Assembly: GCA_052326585.1 (NCBI GenBank)
Contig: JBKQLU010000066.1
Span: forward strand, 47,167 to 111,166
Length of the DNA: 64,000 nt
Reading direction: 5' to 3'
DNA from: Desulfobaccales bacterium
GTDB lineage: Bacteria; Desulfobacterota; Desulfobaccia; Desulfobaccales; 0-14-0-80-60-11
Part shown: positions 58,805-64,000 of the stretch, piece after piece
How the letters are laid out: each line of letters starts with the position of its first letter
How positions within the stretch are numbered: the stretch's first letter is position 1
Notes under the pieces: model-generated
Seen by the model: only the letters and a program-made list of their open reading frames with translations
Database searches by the model: none
What the model was told of the DNA's origin: nothing
Program-made: the position numbers and the translations under genes

Positions 58805-61464
58805 AGGTGTTGCGAAGGCTCATAATTTCAGTCCTGCTGGCGGCTTTGGCCCTGACGCCCCCGGCCCTGGCGCAGGAACAAGAGGTGGTCCTGAAGAAGG
58901 TGGCGGTCTTCCCCTTTGCCGTGGCCAGCCGGGAACCTTTGGAAGGCCTGGGTGACAAGGTGCAACAGGAGATCCTGGACCGTCTTAAGACCGATGGCTT
59001 TTCCACGGTCCCCCAGGAAGACATGACGCGGGCCCTGGCCACGGTGAAGGGGCCCTTGAACGATGCCCTGGTCCAGGAGATCGGCCGCAAGCTGGGGGCC
59101 GATATGGTCATTTACGGCACCCTGGTGAAGGTGGGCGATGCCCTCTCCCTGGAAGGCCAACTCCTGGATTTGACCGGGCACGCGGCCCCCGCCACTCTGA
59201 AGCTCCAGGCTACGGGACTCCAGGCCCTCACCGGCCTCAGCCGCCAGATGGGGCAAGAATTCAGCCTCAAAATTCTTGGCAAGGTGAAGGTTTACCGCGT
59301 CGACGTCAAGGGCAACCGCCGCATCGAAAAAGACGCCATCTTGGGAGTGATGCAGACCCGGGAAGGGGAGACCGCCAATCCCGCCCGCCTCCGGGAGGAT
59401 TTGAAGGCCATCTATAAGATGGGCTACTTCACCGACGTCAAATTGGATATCAGCGATACTCCGGAGGGCAAGGTCCTCACGGTTTTGGTGAAAGAGAAGC
59501 CAGCCATTAAAGCGATCATCATTAAAGGCAACCACAAGGTGAAACAGGACAAGATCAAGGAGGTCATGGAGATCAAACCTTTCGCGGTGGCCTCGGAGAC
59601 CGCCATCAAGGAGAGCATCAACAAAATCCAGAACCTCTACCGGGAGAAGGGTTACTATGAAGCCAAGGTCACCTCTGAATTGGTACCCATCTCCCTGACT
59701 GAAGCCAATCTGGTGATGCACGTCGACGAAGGCGGCAAGGAGATGGTTAAAGAGATCAACTTTGAGGGTAACACGTCCTTTAAGGCCAAGGAACTCCGGG
59801 ATGTGATGGAGACCAAAGAAAAATCTTTTCTCTTTGCAATCAACTGGCTCACCGGGGCCGGGAAATTGGACAAGGACAAGCTGGATCGGGACGTGGAAAA
59901 GCTGGCGTCGTTTTATTACAACCACGGCTACATCAAGGCCAAGATAGGCGAGCCCAAGATCGACGTCAGGGGTAAATATATCTACATCACCATCCACATT
60001 GACCAGGGGCCGCAATACCACGTGGGCAAAGTAGACTTCCAGGGGGACCTTCTGGAGGATAAAACGAAGCTCCTGGAGACCATCGCGATCCCCAAGGCGA
60101 AGGTTTACAGCCGGGAGATGCTGCAAACGGATCTCACCACCCTGTCCGACTTATATGCGGACAAGGGCTTTGCCAACTCCGATATCAACCCTGTGATCAA
60201 GGAAGATGACCAGGCCCGCACGGTGGATGTAACCTTCGATATCCATAAAGGCAACAAGGTCTATTTCGAACGCATCGATATCGCCGGCAACGTCAAGACC
60301 CGGGACAAGGTAATCCGCCGGGAAATGCGGGTTTATGAGGGAGACCTCTTCTCCGCCACCAATCTCAAAGAGAGCATCAAGAACCTGCGGCGCCTGGAGT
60401 ATTTTGAAGACGTGAACTTCAGCACCTCCCCGGGTTCCACCCCCAACCACATGAATCTGAAGGTCACCGTGAAGGAACGGCCTACCGGCACCTTTGGGGT
60501 GGGAGCCGGATACAGCACCCAGGACCGGGTAGTGGGCATGGTGCAGGTTAGCCAGAATAACCTGTTCGGCCGGGGAGAGCAGGTCAAGATCGAAGGTATG
60601 CTCGGGTCAATTTCCCACCGCTACCGGGCCTCTTTCACCGAGCCCTATCTCTTCGACCGGCCCCTGAGTTTCGGCATTGATGTCTATAACTGGGAGCGCC
60701 TCTACACAGAATACGATCGCAAATCCACCGGCGGGGATCTGCGCCTGAGCCATCCCCTGGAATGGCAGTACACCCGCCTCTTTTGGATGTACCGGTATGA
60801 ATACGTGACCCTCTCGGACCTGGGCCCCAATCCCGACCCCCTCATCAACGCGGCCTCCAAGATTCACAGCACCAGCGCCACTTCCCTGACCTTGCGCCGG
60901 GACTCCCGGGACTCCCTGTTCTCCCCCACCAAGGGATCGGATAACAGCGTCTCCGTGGAAATGGCCGGCCTCGGCGGCGCCGTCGCCTTTATGCGCTACG
61001 TGGCGGAATCCGGCTGGTATTTCCCTCTTAAGTGGGGCAGCGTCGGCCTGCTGCACGCCCGGGTCGGCTACATGGGCGCCCTGGCCTGGGGGGACCTGCC
61101 GGTTTATGAAAAGTTCTACCTGGGCGGCATCGATACCATCCGCGGCTTTAAATATGCTGATATTAGCCCCCGGGATCCGGCCTTTGCCAATGAGCGTGTC
61201 GGCGGCGATAGGTTCATCCAGTTGAATTCGGAATATCGTTTCCCCCTGATCAAGAAGCTGGGCGTCATGGGCACTATCTTTTTTGATGCCGGCAACGTCT
61301 ACGGCCCCGGCCAGGTGGAGCCGTTCCTGCGGCCGACCTCGGGCATTGGCTTCCGATGGTTCTCGCCCATGGGGCCGCTCCGGGTCGAATGGGGCTACAA
61401 CCTGACCAGGAAGTCCTTTGAGAGATCCAACGTTTGGGAATTCACCATGGGCTCCTCATTCTGA
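58801..61464 (+). CDS. bamA: Outer membrane protein assembly factor BamA, with an extra N-terminal domain before POTRA1
   Basis: Signal peptide, five POTRA domains, IRGF loop motif, SPMGPL and C-terminal Phe. Confidence 0.96.
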   Translation: MKVLRRLIISVLLAALALTPPALAQEQEVVLKKVAVFPFAVASREPLEGLGDKVQQEILDRLKTDGFSTVPQEDMTRALATVKGPLNDALVQEIGRKLGADMVIYGTLVKVGDALSLEGQLLDLTGHAAPATLKLQATGLQALTGLSRQMGQEFSLKILGKVKVYRVDVKGNRRIEKDAILGVMQTREGETANPARLREDLKAIYKMGYFTDVKLDISDTPEGKVLTVLVKEKPAIKAIIIKGNHKVKQDKIKEVMEIKPFAVASETAIKESINKIQNLYREKGYYEAKVTSELVPISLTEANLVMHVDEGGKEMVKEINFEGNTSFKAKELRDVMETKEKSFLFAINWLTGAGKLDKDKLDRDVEKLASFYYNHGYIKAKIGEPKIDVRGKYIYITIHIDQGPQYHVGKVDFQGDLLEDKTKLLETIAIPKAKVYSREMLQTDLTTLSDLYADKGFANSDINPVIKEDDQARTVDVTFDIHKGNKVYFERIDIAGNVKTRDKVIRREMRVYEGDLFSATNLKESIKNLRRLEYFEDVNFSTSPGSTPNHMNLKVTVKERPTGTFGVGAGYSTQDRVVGMVQVSQNNLFGRGEQVKIEGMLGSISHRYRASFTEPYLFDRPLSFGIDVYNWERLYTEYDRKSTGGDLRLSHPLEWQYTRLFWMYRYEYVTLSDLGPNPDPLINAASKIHSTSATSLTLRRDSRDSLFSPTKGSDNSVSVEMAGLGGAVAFMRYVAESGWYFPLKWGSVGLLHARVGYMGALAWGDLPVYEKFYLGGIDTIRGFKYADISPRDPAFANERVGGDRFIQLNSEYRFPLIKKLGVMGTIFFDAGNVYGPGQVEPFLRPTSGIGFRWFSPMGPLRVEWGYNLTRKSFERSNVWEFTMGSSF

Positions 61465-61615
61465 TTCAAGGCGAGTACATGGGCGTATCCGGAAGTGCGC
61501 CATGAGCGCCCCCTAAATAGAGAGGACCCGGGTCTGCTACTTAAAGAGCACCCCTCCCGGCCGCGCCGGCTCCGGCCTCTGCCGGGAGTTAAACAAATCC
61601 AACTGGAGGTTTTAC

Positions 61616-62125
61616 ATGTCCAAAAAATTGCTAATCAGCGCTTTCATTGCCTTGACCATGATCTTCGGACCGTTGACAGCATTGGCGGCCGAATTGAGAA
61701 TCGGGGTGGCGGACACAAATTCCATATTGTCGGGCTCTGCCGAAGGTAAACGGATCCAGGAATCCATCAAAGCGAAAGCTGAGGAGTTGAGCCGCCCCCT
61801 GGGGACCAAGCGCGCCGATCTGACCCGCCAGGTGGAGGAATTCCAGAAACAGGCTTCGCTGATGAAGGAAGATGCCAGAAAGGCGAAAAGCCAGGAATTG
61901 GAAAAGAAGATGGCGGACTTCGATAAAGAGGCGGCTGCTGCCGACAAACAATTGGCTCAATATCGCCAAAGCCAGTTCGCGCCATTGTCCCAGAAGATGA
62001 ACTCGGCCCTGGAAAAGGTTTCCCGGGATGAGAAGCTGGATCTGATCCTGGATAAGTCGACGGTACTGATCAGCAACAAGGGCCTGGATATCACTGACAA
62101 GTTGCGCGCCGCCTTCGGCTCGTAA
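61616..62125 (+). CDS. skp: Periplasmic chaperone Skp/OmpH
   Basis: Signal peptide, IGVAD, long coiled coil, DLILD..DITD; synteny with bamA and lpxD. Confidence 0.9.
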   Translation: MSKKLLISAFIALTMIFGPLTALAAELRIGVADTNSILSGSAEGKRIQESIKAKAEELSRPLGTKRADLTRQVEEFQKQASLMKEDARKAKSQELEKKMADFDKEAAAADKQLAQYRQSQFAPLSQKMNSALEKVSRDEKLDLILDKSTVLISNKGLDITDKLRAAFGS

Positions 62126-62133
62126 ATTATTGC

Positions 62134-63177
62134 ATGAAAATAACCCTGGGAGAATTGGCGGCCCGGCTGCAGGGGGAGCTGCACGGTCCCCCGGACCTGG
62201 TGCTCGAGGGCATCGCTGCCCTGGAGCGCGCCACTCCCAGCGAAATCAGCTTCATCGCCCAGAGGCGCCTGGCCCGCCGGGCCGGCGCCAGCCGGGCCGG
62301 GGCCTTCATCGTGGGCCCGGACCTGTTGGATCTGGACCGGCCGCTAATCATCGTGGCCAACCCCTACCTGGCCTACGCCCGGGTAGCGGCCTTATTTTCC
62401 CCGCCCCGGCGGCGCTGGTCCGGCGTTAGTGACCAGGCCTGTCTGGGACTGGACCTGGAGCTGGGCCGGGAAGTCTCCATCGCCCCCCTGGTATTTATCG
62501 GCGACCGGGTGCGCCTGGAAGATGGGGTAACCATCATGCCCGGCTGCTTTCTGGGGGATGAAGTGCACCTCGGGGCCGGCACTCTCGTCTATCCCAATGT
62601 CACCATCCTGGAGCGTTGCCGGGTGGGGCGGCACTGCATTATCCACAGCGGCACGGTGATTGGCGCCGATGGTTTTGGCTTTGTCCCCACCGCGGCCGGC
62701 AATGAGAAGATCCCCCAATTGGGGACCGTGGTCATCGAAGACGAGGTGGAAATCGGCGCCAACTGCACCATTGACCGGGGCGCCCTGGGAGAGACCCGCA
62801 TCGGCCGCGGCGCCAAGATGGACAACCTGGTGCACCTGGCCCACAACGTCGAGGTGGGAGAGCATTCCCTGCTGGTGGCCCAGGTTGGGGTATCCGGATC
62901 CACCAAGATCGGCCGCCGGGTGGTGCTGGCGGGCCAGGTGGGTCTGGCGGGCCACCTCGAACTGGGCGATGAGGTCCGGGTGGGAGCCCAATCCGGGGTT
63001 CACCGCTCCGTGCCCGCCGGGCAGACGGTGTCCGGTTACCCGGCCCGGCCTCAAAAAGAGTGGCTGCAAATCATGGGCTCTCTGCCCCAACTCCCGGACC
63101 TCCATCAGAAGCTGAAACGGCTGGAAAAAGAGTTGCGCCTGCTCTCCGCCAGGCTGGATAAGGAGCCGGAAACATGA
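62134..63177 (+). CDS. lpxD: UDP-3-O-acylglucosamine N-acyltransferase LpxD
   Basis: NPYLAYA, hexapeptide repeats, GADGFGF, KIPQLG and DNLVHLAHN. Confidence 0.97.
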   Translation: MKITLGELAARLQGELHGPPDLVLEGIAALERATPSEISFIAQRRLARRAGASRAGAFIVGPDLLDLDRPLIIVANPYLAYARVAALFSPPRRRWSGVSDQACLGLDLELGREVSIAPLVFIGDRVRLEDGVTIMPGCFLGDEVHLGAGTLVYPNVTILERCRVGRHCIIHSGTVIGADGFGFVPTAAGNEKIPQLGTVVIEDEVEIGANCTIDRGALGETRIGRGAKMDNLVHLAHNVEVGEHSLLVAQVGVSGSTKIGRRVVLAGQVGLAGHLELGDEVRVGAQSGVHRSVPAGQTVSGYPARPQKEWLQIMGSLPQLPDLHQKLKRLEKELRLLSARLDKEPET

Positions 63178-63632
63178 CCCTGCCGCCCCTTCCCTGGAGT
63201 TATGAAAAAATTCGTGATCTGCTGCCGCACCGCTACCCTTTTCTCCTGGTGGACCGCATCATCGCCCTGGAGCCGGGGAAACGCATCGTCGGCTTGAAAA
63301 ACGTCACTATCAATGAGCCTTTCTTCCAGGGCCACTTTCCGGAGCGGCCCATTATGCCCGGGGTGCTCATCGTGGAATCCCTGGCTCAGGTGGGAGGCAT
63401 CCTGGCCCTGTTGGCCACTCCGGAGCACCAGGGGAATGCCTCCCTCTTCCTCATGACGCTGGATAAGGTGCGCTTCCGGCAGCCGGTCTTCCCAGGCGAC
63501 CAATTGCGGCTGGAAGTGGAATCCCTGCGCAGCGGCCAAAAGTTCTGGAAGATGCACGGCCAGGCCTTCGTCAACGATACCCTGGTGATGGAAGGTGAGA
63601 TGATGGCCGCGGTGGGCCGGGGAGAAAAATGA
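63174..63632 (+). CDS. fabZ: 3-hydroxyacyl-ACP dehydratase FabZ
   Basis: [11 protein letters not shown] and [25 protein letters not shown]. Confidence 0.97.
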   Translation: MTLPPLPWSYEKIRDLLPHRYPFLLVDRIIALEPGKRIVGLKNVTINEPFFQGHFPERPIMPGVLIVESLAQVGGILALLATPEHQGNASLFLMTLDKVRFRQPVFPGDQLRLEVESLRSGQKFWKMHGQAFVNDTLVMEGEMMAAVGRGEK

Positions 63633-64000
63633 GGCAGGCAGAGATCCATCCCACCGCCATCGTGGCTGCCGCGGCCCAACTGGGCCTGGGAGTCACCGTG
63701 GGCCCTTACAGCATCATCGAGGGCCATGTCGCCATCGGGCCCCAGACGCAGATCGGCCCCCATGTGGTTATCCGGGATTTTACCAGCATCGGCAGCCGCT
63801 GCCGCATCTTTCAGTTCGCGGTCCTGGGGGAGATCCCCCAAGACCTAAAGTTTAAAGGGGAAGAGACCCGGCTCAGCATCGGGGATGACAACACCGTCCG
63901 GGAATTCGCCACCATGCACCGGGGCACGGCCGCCGGCGGCGGCGTCACTCGGATCGGGGACGGCAACCTCTTCATGGCATACAGCCATGTGGCCCATGAC
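63629..64000 (+). CDS. lpxA: UDP-N-acetylglucosamine acyltransferase LpxA (5' part; runs off the window)
   Basis: Manual translation [12 protein letters not shown]...[32 protein letters not shown]. Confidence 0.96.
   Translation, partial: MRQAEIHPTAIVAAAAQLGLGVTVGPYSIIEGHVAIGPQTQIGPHVVIRDFTSIGSRCRIFQFAVLGEIPQDLKFKGEETRLSIGDDNTVREFATMHRGTAAGGGVTRIGDGNLFMAYSHVAHD

Noticed and set aside
62639-62647. Perfect DnaA box TTATCCACA
   Set aside because: Single occurrence inside GC-rich lpxD coding sequence (I-I-H-S codons), with no AT-rich unwinding region nearby.

Overview
GC-rich (about 60-65%) core-chromosome segment from a Gram-negative anaerobe. Gene content and order look like Desulfobacterota (Desulfobacca/Syntrophobacter-like); this is inference only. 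About 65 protein-coding genes; I saw no tRNA, rRNA, CRISPR array, transposase or prophage. In order: an RpiR/class II aldolase/nitrilase operon, a tRNA nucleotidyltransferase, htrA-like, radA, a group 3b [NiFe] hydrogenase operon with a cNMP-binding gene, namZ, an atypical stand-alone dnaA, phoU, panE, an MBOAT+SGNH O-acylation pair, rpmH-rnpA-yidD-yidC-jag-mnmE-rsmG (no mnmG; mreB rather than dnaA beside rpmH), mreBCD-mrdA, pcm, an HPS-RraA fusion plus PHI (RuMP), thiC-like, a U32 hydroxylase, a 2-oxoacid:ferredoxin oxidoreductase, dnaJ, rarA, two Tat subunits with zinc-ribbon tails, a low-GC UDG-like gene, phoH-7TM/HD-ybeY-pdxJ, and lysS-lolE-lolD-bamA-skp-lpxD-fabZ-lpxA. Many intergenic gaps carry REP-like palindromes. 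The main anomalies are: a ~500-bp AT-rich patch (core about 29% GC) inside the otherwise GC-rich lysS, near the point where gene orientation flips; TatA- and TatB-like proteins both ending in a CxxC-x10-CxxC ribbon; a DnaA with altered ATPase motifs; and a REP-like in-frame insertion in the hydrogenase maturation protease.
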